A DNA stretch of 64,000 bases from Anthoceros angustus. Its lineage: Eukaryota; Plantae; Anthocerotophyta. Both the position numbers and the translations under genes were made by a program. Below the pieces are notes generated by a model. It ran no database searches. It saw only the letters and a list, made by a program, of their open reading frames with translations, and was not told the DNA's origin. This document shows positions 46,640-57,690 of the stretch, piece after piece. The stretch is from NCBI GenBank assembly GCA_010909165.1, contig MU008158.1, forward strand, positions 1,885,478-1,949,477, given 5' to 3'. Position 1 is the stretch's first letter, and each line of letters starts with the position of its first letter.

Positions 46640-49600
46640 CTCCCAAAACTTCCATGGGGCCTCCTTCCGCTTCTGGGAAGGACACTCCTTGCCCCGTCTG
46701 TGGAATTTTATGTAAGGGTATTGTTGGTGCAAAGAGACACATGGGCTTGATACACAAGGACTTGACCGAAATGCATGGGAGGCTCAGGTGAGGGCTACAT
46801 CTTCCGGCGTTGCTGCCTCTTCCTCCCTACGTCCGGCTGCTCCCCTGGAGCCACCGCCAGAGTCTTGGCAGAGGTTGCGGGTGCAGTCTGATCATCTTTT
46901 GGCTCTTTATGACACGCGTCTTCCGGGACCCCGTCTTTTTCAGCGTCTCCCTCATTGACTGCAAGACGACCTCTATTTAGTCTACAGGCTTCCCATGGAG
47001 CGCCTCGCACAGAATTCCCGAGATGAATCGGACTGGAGTTTGCTCCTTTTCTTCCCCGCAAAGGTCTCCGCTATAGAGGTGGGAATTCAGTCACAGGGAG
47101 GTTGCCTCTCGGCTCCACCGTTTTCTGGGTCGGGGACTGGCAGGTTCTTCAGGAAGAGGGTGGCTACGTTGCTCGATCGAGGTTGGAGTTGGCTAAGCTT
47201 GATCAGGTTTGTTAAGACCCTGTGAAGGCACGTCTCAAAAGGTGCCTCTTGCTCGGTCGCGGAGGTAAGTATGTTAGGGCTGCCCGGGTCCTATGGCCGG
47301 AGCTGGTGGCTCCGGCGTTCGAGGAGACTATTGCTGCTCTTCGAGCCCTTCACCCAGCTCTAGATGTCCCCATCCCACCGGATATCTTGGAGTTTGTGGC
47401 TGAGGAGTCTAGACAAAGTGGTTTTTGGTCGCGCTCTAACTACTGCCCCGCAGCTCTCTTATGAGGGTCTTTCTGGAACTGTCTATGATCACCTCCGTAA
47501 TTACTTCTCTCATGAGGATCCTTCTAGTGGTTTTTCGAAGCTCTTTATCTTGGCGGCAGCTGTGGTGCGGGGTGAGACCCCCCATCGGATTTCACGGGAG
47601 TTGGGGGCCAGCAGGCTTTGGCTATGGAGAAGCCCACACCGGGGGTGCGCCCTATCGCCATGGGAGATTTGTTCCAACGCCTTATTAGCCATAGCATTGC
47701 CCTCCAGTTCAAGGAGCAATTCGGGCTCATCTCATCAATTTGGCATTGCCACCCCGAGGCTGAGATGTGAGTTTTGGAGTCGGTGGTTCTCCGGCTACAT
47801 CCCGATTAGGTTGCCCTTCGTAGATATTGAGAACGCTTTGAACACTGAATCCAGGGCGGCCATCTTCCAAGAGTCAAAGGCGGGCGACAAGAAATCTCAT
47901 TTTTGTTCGCTCTTTCGATGGTTCCCCATCTAGCTTATATTACCAGCATGGCCCCTCGGTGGAGAAGGTCTCCGTGCTTGACTCCGCAACGGGAACCAGG
48001 CAAGGAGATCCCTTGGGGATCCTCTCTTTGCTATGGCGCATTTCAGGGCCCTGTCAATAACTGCCTCCTCGATGTGGGAGTGCCTCTTGCTCGGTGAGGC
48101 TACATCCCGATTGGGTTGCCCTTCGTAGATATTGATTCTCCACAGAGCCACCGCCGAGTCTTAAGAGAGGTTGCGGGGTGCGGTGATCATCTTTTGGCTC
48201 TTATGACCGCGTCTTCCGGGACCCGTCTTTTTCAGCGTCTCCCTCATTGACTGCAAGACGACCTCTATTTAGTCTACAGGCTTCCCATGGAGCGCCTCGC
48301 ACAGAATTCCCGAGATGAATCGGACTGGAGTTTGCTCCTTTTTCTTCCCCCGCAGTGTCTCCGTTGCTATAGAGGTGGGAATTCAGGTCACAGGGAGGTT
48401 GCCTCTCGGCTCCACCGTTTTCTGGGTCGGGGACTGGCAGGTTCTTCAGGAAGAGGGTGGCTACGTTGCTCGATCGAGGTTGGAGTTGGCTAAGCTTGAT
48501 CAGGTTTGTTAAGACCCTGTGAAGGCACGTCTCAAAAGGTGCCTCTTGCTCGGTCGCGGAGGTAAGTATGTTAGGGCTGCCCGGGTCCTATGGCCGGTGG
48601 CTCGGCGTTCGAGGAGACTATTGCGCTCTTGAGCCCTTCACTCTAGATGTCCCCATCCCACGGATATCTTGGGTTTGTGGTGAGGAGTCTAGACAAAGTG
48701 GTTTTGGTGGCGCTCTAACTCGCCCATGACTCTCTTATGAGGTCTTCTGGGCCATCTGCCATGATCACCTCCGTAATTACTTCTCTCGAGGATCCTTCTA
48801 GTGGTTTTTCGAAGCTCTTTATCTTGGCGGCAGCTGTGGTGCGGGGTGAGACCCCCGCCAGTTCACGGGAGTTGGGGGCCAGCAGGCTTTGGCTATGGAG
48901 AAGCCCACACCGGGGGTGCGCCCTATCGCCATGGGAGATTTGTTCCAACGCCTTATTAGCCATAGCATTGCCCTCCAGTTCAAGGAGCAATTCCGGGCTC
49001 ATCTCAGCCCCCATCAATTTGGCATTGCCACCCCGGGGGGCTGCGAGACAGTGAGTTTTGGAGTCGAGGTGGTTCTCCAGCTACATCCCGATTGGGTTGC
49101 CCTTCAGGTAGATATTGAGAACGCTTTGAACACTGAATCCAGGGCGGCCATCTTCCAAGAGCTGAAAGACGCGGGCAGGCAACAGGAAAGTCTCATTTTT
49201 TTTGTTCGCTCTTTCGATGGTTCCCCATCTAGCTTATATTACCAGCATGGCCCCTCGGTGGAGAAGGTCTCCGTGCTTGACTCCGCAACGGGAACCAGGC
49301 AAGGAGATCCCTTGGGGATCCTCTCTTTGCTATGGCGCATTTCAGGGCCCTGTCAATAACTGCCTCCTCGATGTGGGAGTGCCTCTTTCCGTCGGTGGCC
49401 GACGACACCTATATCCTTGGGCCGGTGGACAAATTCAAAGATGTTTTCGACCTCTTCTCCTTGGAGCTCTCTTACCTTGGCCTGGAGGTCAAGATCTTGA
49501 AAGGTTGGTCCCCGTCCGGTATTACACCCCCTCTTCATTATCCCGGAGGGGATATTGATTCTCCACAGGAGCTGCGGGTACTTGGAGTCCCGGTCGAGCC

Positions 49601-51126
49601 CCCGGGCTTTATACGGGAATTTGTGGATGCTGCTTTGAAAGAGGATCTTACGCATATCGACGACCTCTCTAAGTTGGGCGACCCGCAGGTGGCCTTCGAC
49701 ATCCTCTCTTCCTGCTTCATGCGCCACCCTGGGTATCTCATTTGCATTGTCCCCCCATCTCTAGTTTTTCCTTCTCAACTTGGAGATTTCGACAAGCAAG
49801 TTATGCAGTCTCTGGGAGACATTATCGGCCCAGGTTCCTTTGAATGTGCGGCCGGGGACTTGGCGCGGCGACAGGCATCCCTCTTTGTCGCTTTTGGTGG
49901 CGCAGGTCTTTTGGCCATGGAGGCCTCGGTGCCAACCGCTTTTCTAGGAAGCTGGGCCCTCTTGGCCTCGATTTTGGCCTCTCACTTCCTTATCCAAGAT
50001 AGCAGCATTTTGGAGAATTTCGTTGCAGGGGTTGAGGAGGCGTGCTTCCCCCTCCAAGAGTCCCTAAGGTCGGCTAGGGACCTCTTACCCCCTCTGGCTA
50101 GGGCGGCCATGCGTTCTTTTTCCTCGTTTCTCGCAGACGAGCTTCAAGGGTTGCAGGCTTCTCTCCAGGAGAAGTCTTATGGGTAGGTGCTGCCAGGTCT
50201 TCTTTTGGATTCATCTATTGCTCGTCTTGCTAGAGCTCGCCTTCGCTCATGTTCAAGGAAGGGTGTTGGTTCACAGCCGCCCGCTCTTGCATCCAGTGTT
50301 CAATCGCACTTCTTTTCTCTGCGATGAGATTTCGCCTTGGTTTGGTCCAACCACTAGCCTGTTCTCTTCCGGCCCCTTTGTGGGCCTCCATCAACAACCA
50401 CAGGGCCCACTTAGCGTTGTCCAATGGGTGGACAGCGTATTGCTACACACGACGCCGTCCGAGACGTCATGTTCTCGATAGCCAAGGAGAGCGGTTTCTT
50501 CCCTTTCAAGGAGCGGCTGTATACTCTGCGCAATGGCGTCTCTATTAGAGCTGACCTTTTCTTGACGAGGGGGACGAAGTCTCGATTGCGGACGTGGTTG
50601 TCACTGACCCAATCAGAGATTCTGTTAGCGACCATGTGATCATCAACCCTCTAGGTTGGGCGGCGGAAGGGAGCGCAACTAAGAAAAATTTACAAGTAGA
50701 GGCCCATGTGGCAAGGTCACATTTTCATCCCCCTTGCCATTGAAACCCATGGGGCTTGGGTGAGGTTTTTTCTCGTTCATCAAGGAGTGCGCAAGGGCTT
50801 ACCACAACGACAGGGGCGGGGTGGGCCTCCCCCTTTCTAGTGTCGTGGCTTATTTCAGGCAACGGGTTTGCATCGCCCCGCAAAGGGCGTTGGCGAGCAC
50901 CATCTTTAGAATGATCATGAGTGCTGGAGACGCGGCATCGGCGGCACCGGTGGTAAGTAGGCCCTTCCCTATCTCGGACGTCAACATCTTAGGGGCGGTT
51001 GGGGGTTATACGGTAGATTAGTGCGGGGGCACGGCCCCCTTGCCCTGGTGCCCCATCATGGGTTGTCCCCTTTCATCTCGGAGTAGATGGGATTTTCCAT
51101 CTCGTTCTTTTTATAGAGTCTCCACA
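46640..51126 (+). mobile_element. CRE-like non-LTR retrotransposon (C2H2 finger, RT, C-terminal restriction-like endonuclease), degenerate
   Basis: ATG at 46654 gives MGPPSASGKDTPCPVCGILCKGIVGAKRHMGLIH; RT motifs GVRPIAMG, QFGIATPGGCE, QVDIENALN, GTRQGDPLG, VADDT, LRVLGVP, GGAGL; C-terminal THDAVRD..RADL..ADVV..FIPLAIETHG. 46850-48090 is duplicated at 48147-49390. Confidence 0.8.
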
Positions 51127-51706
51127 TTACTTTGAAGCCTCCTTAGTTGACGTAATATTTTTACTGTTATAAATCCCATCAAAACTCTCTGAAAGTGGGA
51201 CATATATCCTACAACAAAACAACAAAACTACTACGACCGTTTTGACTACATATGTACATTTAAAAAGGACGTCCTTACAGTAGAAGAACAGACAGTCGAA
51301 GAAGTACCCACTATCCAATGTTTTGGTCAATGGGTTGATCAGCCCTCGGTACCGAACGAAAACCAAACAATCCGTTTTGCACTTAGGGAATGGGAAGTCA
51401 GCCATGACCTGAGGAGGAAGCCAAAGTTGCTCTGCAAGCTTGTAACTAATCTTTTGGAATTGAATGTCAACAGGTAGCATCTGCTAGTGTTTGAGGATGC
51501 CATGGTGGAAATACAGCCGGCCAGTGGCTTTTCTGTTTCCCGCGTGCAGAGAAACCGCTGCAAGTCTTCCCAGCGAATGCGGGTTACAAGTAAGGAGGTC
51601 TTATCGGATAGGCTCATTGCGTAGGTCAGTCACGAGAATGGTGGAGCTGATCTTGAACACGAGAGGGGGTCGACTGTTTATTTGCTATCAGTTAGTAGCT
51701 TCTTGA

Positions 51707-54508
51707 GTGAGCAATTATATGGTGCCGCTTTTTTTGACACATTTTGGAAATTTGTTAAAGTTAGCAGAAGCATCACACAGCCTGTCCTGTTCGTTTGACT
51801 GTCATCTCAGGTTGGCAGAGTTCAGATCTCCTTTGCGCACCTGCAGCAGGCCATGTGAGCTGGAACAGGCTGCTCAAGTCCTGGACCTCCTGCTGAGGCA
51901 GCAATTGTATGTTCCCACAGATTTCCTGTACCAAGTTCTCAAGAGCTGCATTGCAGATGATGATATCCTTGCTGGCACTGCAGTCCATGCCATCGTGCTG
52001 AAAAGTGGGTACCAGTCAAACAGGTTTTTGGCCAACCACCTAATCTGCATGTACGCTTCTCAGGGCCGGTTGCAAGAAGCAGAGCAGGTGTTCAGTGAAC
52101 TGGCTGCTCCAAATGCTCACTCATGGTCTTCTCTTATCTCCGCACATGCTGAACATGGACAGCCTGGGCATGCGATCCGTTTGTATTTGCAGATGCGACA
52201 GTCCAAGGTGCTGCCCGACAACTATGTGTTTGTGGCTGTCCTTAAAGCTTGTGCCAGCATAGCAGAGTTGACCTTTGGCAGGCAAGTCCATGCTGAAGTT
52301 TTAAGAACTGGGGACGATGCCAATGTATTTATAGGCAGCTGCCTCGTGGACATGTATGCCAAGTGTGGCAGCTTAGATGAAGCCCGCAGGGTGTTTGATA
52401 ATATGGTCACGAGAAATGTCGTGACATGGAATGCTATGCTTGCAGGATACGCACAACATGGGCTTGCTCAAGAAGCGCTTTCTCTGTTCGCAAATATGCA
52501 GCTTATGTGCAGCACTCCCCCTGATCATGTTACATTTCTTTGCCTTCTCAAAGCGTGTGGGAGCGTTGGAGAACTACATAAGGTGAAGGAAGTCCATGGT
52601 CAGATTGAAGAAACGGGGCTGGCATGTCATCTGGTCATTGGAAACTGCCTTGTGGACACGTATGCAAAGTGTGGAAGCTTGGATGATGCCCGCTGGGTGT
52701 TTGACCATCTGGCCACAAGAGATCTTGTAACATGGACAACCATGCTCACGGCATATGCCCGGCATGGGCTTGGGCAAGAAGCGCTGGAACTTTATGCAAT
52801 TATGCAGCACCAGGGTATCACTGCAGCTGGTGACGTGACTTTTACATGCCTCCTCAAAGCATGTGCAAGCACTGGAGGCTTAGACCAGGGCAAGCAGCTT
52901 CATGCCGAGATTCAGAAACATGGTCTGGAATCGGATCTGGTTGTTGGGAGCAGCTTGGTTGACATGTATGCAAAATGTGGGAGTTTAGATGATGCTCGCA
53001 GGGTATTCGACAATCTGGTGACAAAAGATGTGGTGACTTGGACTGCCATGCTCTCAGGGTATGCCGAGCTTGGGTTTGGGCAAGAAGCCCTGTCCCTGTA
53101 CACAAGAATGCAGGAAGAGGGCGTTACTCCAGCTGACGAGGTTACTTTTGCTTGCCTCCTGAGGACGTGTGCCAGCATTGGAGCTCTCCATCATGGGAAG
53201 CAGCTACATGCTCAGATTCAAGCACGAGGTCTAGATTTCGATTTAGTTATTGGTAATTGCCTGGTGGATATGTATGTCAAATGTGGCAGTTTGGATGAAG
53301 CTTGCAAGGTGTTTGACAGTCTGCCTATGAGAGATGTGGTTACATGGAATGTGATGTTCACCGGATATGCTCAACATGGGCGTGGACAAGAAGCGTTGAG
53401 TCTTTTTGCAACTATGGAAAAGGAGGGCCTCATTGCTCCGGATCATGTTACCTTTGTGTCTCTCTTGAAGTCATGTGCTAGCATTGCAGCACTGCATAAG
53501 GGGAAGCAATTGCATACCCAAATCCAAGCAAGAGGACTTGCAGGTGATCAAGAGATTGGCAACTGTCTGGTCGACATGTACGCCAAGTGTGGCAGCTTGC
53601 ATGAGGCCTGCATGGTGTTTGACAATCTGGGGAAAAAAGATGTGGTGACATGGAATGCTATGCTCGCAGGGTATGCTCAGCACGGGCTTGAGAAGGAAGC
53701 ATCCCAATGTTTCGAGAAGATGGGGCTGGCGGGTATCAGCCCAGATGGAGTCACTTTTCTCTCTCTCATCTCTGCGTGCGCTCATGCTTGTGAGGTGGAC
53801 AAAGGTGTGGGATACTTTAAATTGATGACCAGAAACAAAGGTGTGGTGCCACAGATTGAGCACTATGTGAGTATGATCGATCTATTTGGGAGTGCAGGCT
53901 GCTTCGCAAGTGTAAACGATGTCTTGTCAACAATGCCCATGCAGCCTAATCTGGCAACATGCTTATGCGTGCTGGGTGCCTGTCGGAAGCATGGCAACCT
54001 AGCATTAGGAGAATGGGCTTTTGAGAGAGCTGTGCATCTGGCGCCAGAGCATGCTGCAGCATACATATTGATGTCGCACATGTATGCGGATGCTGGCCTT
54101 TCGCAGCATGCTTGGGAAGTGGAGAGATTACGGAAGGAGCGTTGCGCCTGGAAAGAGCCCGGGTGGAGCCGGGTTGAGGATGAGCAGGGGGTACACACCT
54201 TCATAGTTGGTGACAGCAAGCACCGGCAGCAGCAACACCTCCATGACTTGCTGGTGCAAAGTCATGGAGGTGAAACAAGTCTTGTTTGCGACCAATGGCT
54301 AAACCGTATCCGAGCAACTGTATTCCAGGACAAGAGTGTCACAGAAGGCTTTCTGCGCAGGAACTCTACCTGGTGCACGTATATACATCCACAAGTTGGG
54401 CAACACTGCAGTTATCACTTTGACACGATGCTCAAAGTTCAAATTCTACACACTCGTAAGCAGAGGACAATGAACCCAGTCAAGCTTATAGGTGAGAGCA
54501 ACCATTAG
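51707..54508 (+). CDS. PLS-class PPR protein, E/E+ type (about 20 PPR motifs), organellar RNA-editing factor candidate
   Basis: Open 933-aa frame: L,S + 5 PLS triplets + P2L2S2, E1/E2, PG box WKEPGWSRVE..VHTFIVGD; no HxE/CxxC deaminase motifs. The true start is uncertain. Confidence 0.9.
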   Translation: MSNYMVPLFLTHFGNLLKLAEASHSLSCSFDCHLRLAEFRSPLRTCSRPCELEQAAQVLDLLLRQQLYVPTDFLYQVLKSCIADDDILAGTAVHAIVLKSGYQSNRFLANHLICMYASQGRLQEAEQVFSELAAPNAHSWSSLISAHAEHGQPGHAIRLYLQMRQSKVLPDNYVFVAVLKACASIAELTFGRQVHAEVLRTGDDANVFIGSCLVDMYAKCGSLDEARRVFDNMVTRNVVTWNAMLAGYAQHGLAQEALSLFANMQLMCSTPPDHVTFLCLLKACGSVGELHKVKEVHGQIEETGLACHLVIGNCLVDTYAKCGSLDDARWVFDHLATRDLVTWTTMLTAYARHGLGQEALELYAIMQHQGITAAGDVTFTCLLKACASTGGLDQGKQLHAEIQKHGLESDLVVGSSLVDMYAKCGSLDDARRVFDNLVTKDVVTWTAMLSGYAELGFGQEALSLYTRMQEEGVTPADEVTFACLLRTCASIGALHHGKQLHAQIQARGLDFDLVIGNCLVDMYVKCGSLDEACKVFDSLPMRDVVTWNVMFTGYAQHGRGQEALSLFATMEKEGLIAPDHVTFVSLLKSCASIAALHKGKQLHTQIQARGLAGDQEIGNCLVDMYAKCGSLHEACMVFDNLGKKDVVTWNAMLAGYAQHGLEKEASQCFEKMGLAGISPDGVTFLSLISACAHACEVDKGVGYFKLMTRNKGVVPQIEHYVSMIDLFGSAGCFASVNDVLSTMPMQPNLATCLCVLGACRKHGNLALGEWAFERAVHLAPEHAAAYILMSHMYADAGLSQHAWEVERLRKERCAWKEPGWSRVEDEQGVHTFIVGDSKHRQQQHLHDLLVQSHGGETSLVCDQWLNRIRATVFQDKSVTEGFLRRNSTWCTYIHPQVGQHCSYHFDTMLKVQILHTRKQRTMNPVKLIGESNH

Positions 54509-54858
54509 CATGAGAAATTTACCTTCATCTCCCTCTATCGGGATGGTGGGAACGGAACTCTTGCTTTCCCCGAAAGGTCCTTAACGTCACAGCCTAAGTA
54601 TGGAAATATTTCATTTATCCAGAGAGACGAGTGAAAACTTCTGCACCTTCGACACACAAAATGTTGTGGACAGTTGGCTTACCTGTACAGATTGACCGGA
54701 CTATCGACCACATGGGTGACAGTTTGCTTACTGATCTCCGATATGTAGGGCAGTATCGAGATTCACACATCCACAAACTCTACACACACTGTTCTGATCC
54801 CCTCAGATCTGTTGTTGCCAATAGCCAGCATGTCACTGTCTCTGACCGATTATCTGCC

Positions 54859-57153
54859 TTACTTTTCATCATCAGGTATGTCTTGCAATGACGAGTCCGG
54901 ATGTGACGCACGCCCTTCATTCTCTATTCTAATAACAAGATGTTTCAGGCTTGCATATATGGCCTCACTCTCGGGATGCTTGTTATCCCCAACCACAAAA
55001 CTGTGCACCAGTCCTTCCATGTCGGCCCACCAGCTCTGCCCCGGTTCCTTCCATGCACAGCTTTGTTTCCTGATCTCCTGGATCTCCAGTGCCTCCTCCC
55101 ACATCTGAGCACCAGAGTAAATGTTCGCCATCAACACATAGGCTACAATATCTTTCTTATCTAGCTTCACTGCTTCATGGAAGGCATGACGTCCCACCTT
55201 CACATTGCTCCACTTCTGACAAGCACCCAAGAGAGTGTGCCAAACTGTGTCATCCGGCTGTTCCGGCATGGCTCTTACTACTGTTAGTGCATCCTCAAGG
55301 TGGCCTGCACGACCCAGGAGATCCACCATGCAAGAGTAGTGCTCCACGGTGGGACTGATGCCATACTGGCTCCTCATAGCCTCAAAATACCCTCGTCCCT
55401 TGTTCACTGCCCCCGCATGACTGCAAGCTGTTAACAGACTGAGGTACGTGATGCCGTCAAGTTGTACACCATCATCTCTCATTCTGTGAACCAAATCAAA
55501 GACCGCTTCACTATCTCCTTGAGAGGTGTATCCTGCAATCAACGCATTCCATGCAACAAGATCTTTTTCAGGCAATGCATCAAAGACCTGCTGTGCATCA
55601 ACAATGCTCCCAGCCTTTGCATACATGTTTATCAAGCTGATGGCTACGAATAAATCAGCTTGAAGCCTTTGTTGTTCAATCTGTGCATGAAGCTGCCTTC
55701 CTGCATGCAGAGCTGCCACACTTGCACATGCTTGCAGGAGACACACGAATGTGACGGAATCTGGTGGAGCAATGCCCTCATGCTGCATACAGCTGTAAAG
55801 ACGAAGGGCTTTCTCACCCATGCCTTGCTGGGAATATCCCGATATCAGTGCTGTCCACGTCACCACATTCCTTTGAGGAAGACTGTCAAATACACACTGT
55901 GCATCCTCTAAGCTGCCACACTTAGCATACATGTTTACCAGGCTGCAGCCTAAAACTACGTCAAGCTGAAGTCCTCTTTCTCCAATCTGTACATGTAGCT
56001 GCTTCCCCTTCTCCAAAGCAGCGGCACCAACACTTGCACAGGCCTGCAGGAGACAAACAAAAGTCACAGAATCAGGTGGAAAGATACCACCTTCTTGCAT
56101 AGCATCATAGAAATGAAAGGCCTTGTAACCCATGCCCTGCTGAGAATATCCTGCTATCATGGCATTCCAGGTCACCACATCCTTTTTACCAAGTCTGTCA
56201 AACACGCTCTGAGCATCCTGTAGGCTGCAACACTTCATATACATGACTATCAAACTGTTTGCGACAGAAATATCAGCATGAAACCCTTTTTCTCTGATCT
56301 CCAGATGGAGCTTCCTCCCTGTCTCTAAAGCCGGAATGCCAACACTTGCACAGGCCTGCAGGAGGCACACAAATGTCACGGCATCAGGTGCAGCCATGCC
56401 TTCTTGTTGCATAGCACGGTATAATCCAAGTGCTTCCTGACCCATGCCCTGCTGGGAATATCCTACTATCAAAGCAGTCCAAGTCACCACATTTTTTCGA
56501 GGGAGTCCATCGAACACTCTTTGAGCATCTTCCAAGCTGCCACATTTGACATACATGTCCACCAAACAACTACAGACAAACTCATCAGGCTCAACGCCAC
56601 TGGCCATCACATCAGCATGCACCAGCTCCCCTGTTTTCAAGTCTGCTTCCCTTGCGCAAGCCTGCAGGGCTGCTACAAATACATGGCCATCTGGCCTCAC
56701 AGTTGACCTGCGCATATGCTGGTACAATTGTATGGCCTGCTTACCTTGCCCCTGTTTGACATGCGCATGCACGATGGAAGACCACATGAAGACATTGGGT
56801 TTGGCAACCGCAGTGAACACAGCCATCGCTTCCTGTAACCTGCCATGAGAAGCATACATTCGTAGGATGTGATTGCACAAGAACGTGTCCGACTCATAGC
56901 CCTGCTTCACGCTGAGAGCATGAACTCGGCGACCCAGAACTAAGTCCTTGTTAACCACACACGTTTGGAACACAGTATAGAAGACAGGTTTCGAGATTCG
57001 ACAGCCCGACTGCACCAGAACCCCCAGAGCCTCAACCGCGTCAGTGATCTGCCCCTGCTGACAAAGATTGCTCAAAGCTTCAGGTGTCACGCCCATGTGG
57101 ACCCGTGCAGAAGAAAGGTCGATGGATGCGGGGGCACAGCTACCCATCTGCAT
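54859..57153 (-). CDS. PLS-class PPR protein, E+ (truncated DYW:WW type), about 17 motifs
   Basis: L,S + 4 PLS + P2L2S2, E domains, WKEPGQSWWADM..VHSFVVGD; stops at DIPDDEK before the HxE motif. First in-frame ATG is 57153. Confidence 0.92.
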   Translation of the reverse strand: MQMGSCAPASIDLSSARVHMGVTPEALSNLCQQGQITDAVEALGVLVQSGCRISKPVFYTVFQTCVVNKDLVLGRRVHALSVKQGYESDTFLCNHILRMYASHGRLQEAMAVFTAVAKPNVFMWSSIVHAHVKQGQGKQAIQLYQHMRRSTVRPDGHVFVAALQACAREADLKTGELVHADVMASGVEPDEFVCSCLVDMYVKCGSLEDAQRVFDGLPRKNVVTWTALIVGYSQQGMGQEALGLYRAMQQEGMAAPDAVTFVCLLQACASVGIPALETGRKLHLEIREKGFHADISVANSLIVMYMKCCSLQDAQSVFDRLGKKDVVTWNAMIAGYSQQGMGYKAFHFYDAMQEGGIFPPDSVTFVCLLQACASVGAAALEKGKQLHVQIGERGLQLDVVLGCSLVNMYAKCGSLEDAQCVFDSLPQRNVVTWTALISGYSQQGMGEKALRLYSCMQHEGIAPPDSVTFVCLLQACASVAALHAGRQLHAQIEQQRLQADLFVAISLINMYAKAGSIVDAQQVFDALPEKDLVAWNALIAGYTSQGDSEAVFDLVHRMRDDGVQLDGITYLSLLTACSHAGAVNKGRGYFEAMRSQYGISPTVEHYSCMVDLLGRAGHLEDALTVVRAMPEQPDDTVWHTLLGACQKWSNVKVGRHAFHEAVKLDKKDIVAYVLMANIYSGAQMWEEALEIQEIRKQSCAWKEPGQSWWADMEGLVHSFVVGDNKHPESEAIYASLKHLVIRIENEGRASHPDSSLQDIPDDEK

Positions 57154-57690
57154 ATCCAGAGCAGCCACCTGCGCAATCACCCAAGCTGGCTCGCACACTG
57201 ATATCTAGCCACAGGACCTCGTGGGACTACCTATCTCGGACACTAGGCAGGCACAAGCTTTTCTTATGTTGCCTGTTATCCCAACAAAGTGTAATTTTCC
57301 AGAAAAAAACTGTCGCCACCGAAAGCCTCAGCAATGCTTCTCCCTAGCCGGACATTTGCTTCAACGGTGTGGATTCCTTACAGTTAGCTCATCTGGCGCA
57401 CTTCCTACAACACCTGTTAGCCCACCAATTCCAAATTGCCGGCTCCAAAAACGCTTGACCGACGAAGGAAGATCTCAGCTCCCAGAACGTCGACACCAGA
57501 CGTCTTCCGAACTGCACTGCACTGTCTGCGTATTTTAGCGACAATCCATGGTAAATCCCATGTATCGTGTCTCTTCATGATTCATTAGCATCATTTTTAG
57601 ACTGTGGGTTGAGGCGCAGTGCAACGCAGGTGAAGAGCATGGTGAGGGAAATTGCCATGGCCAGATTGCAATTGCTTTGAGATGATGTCA

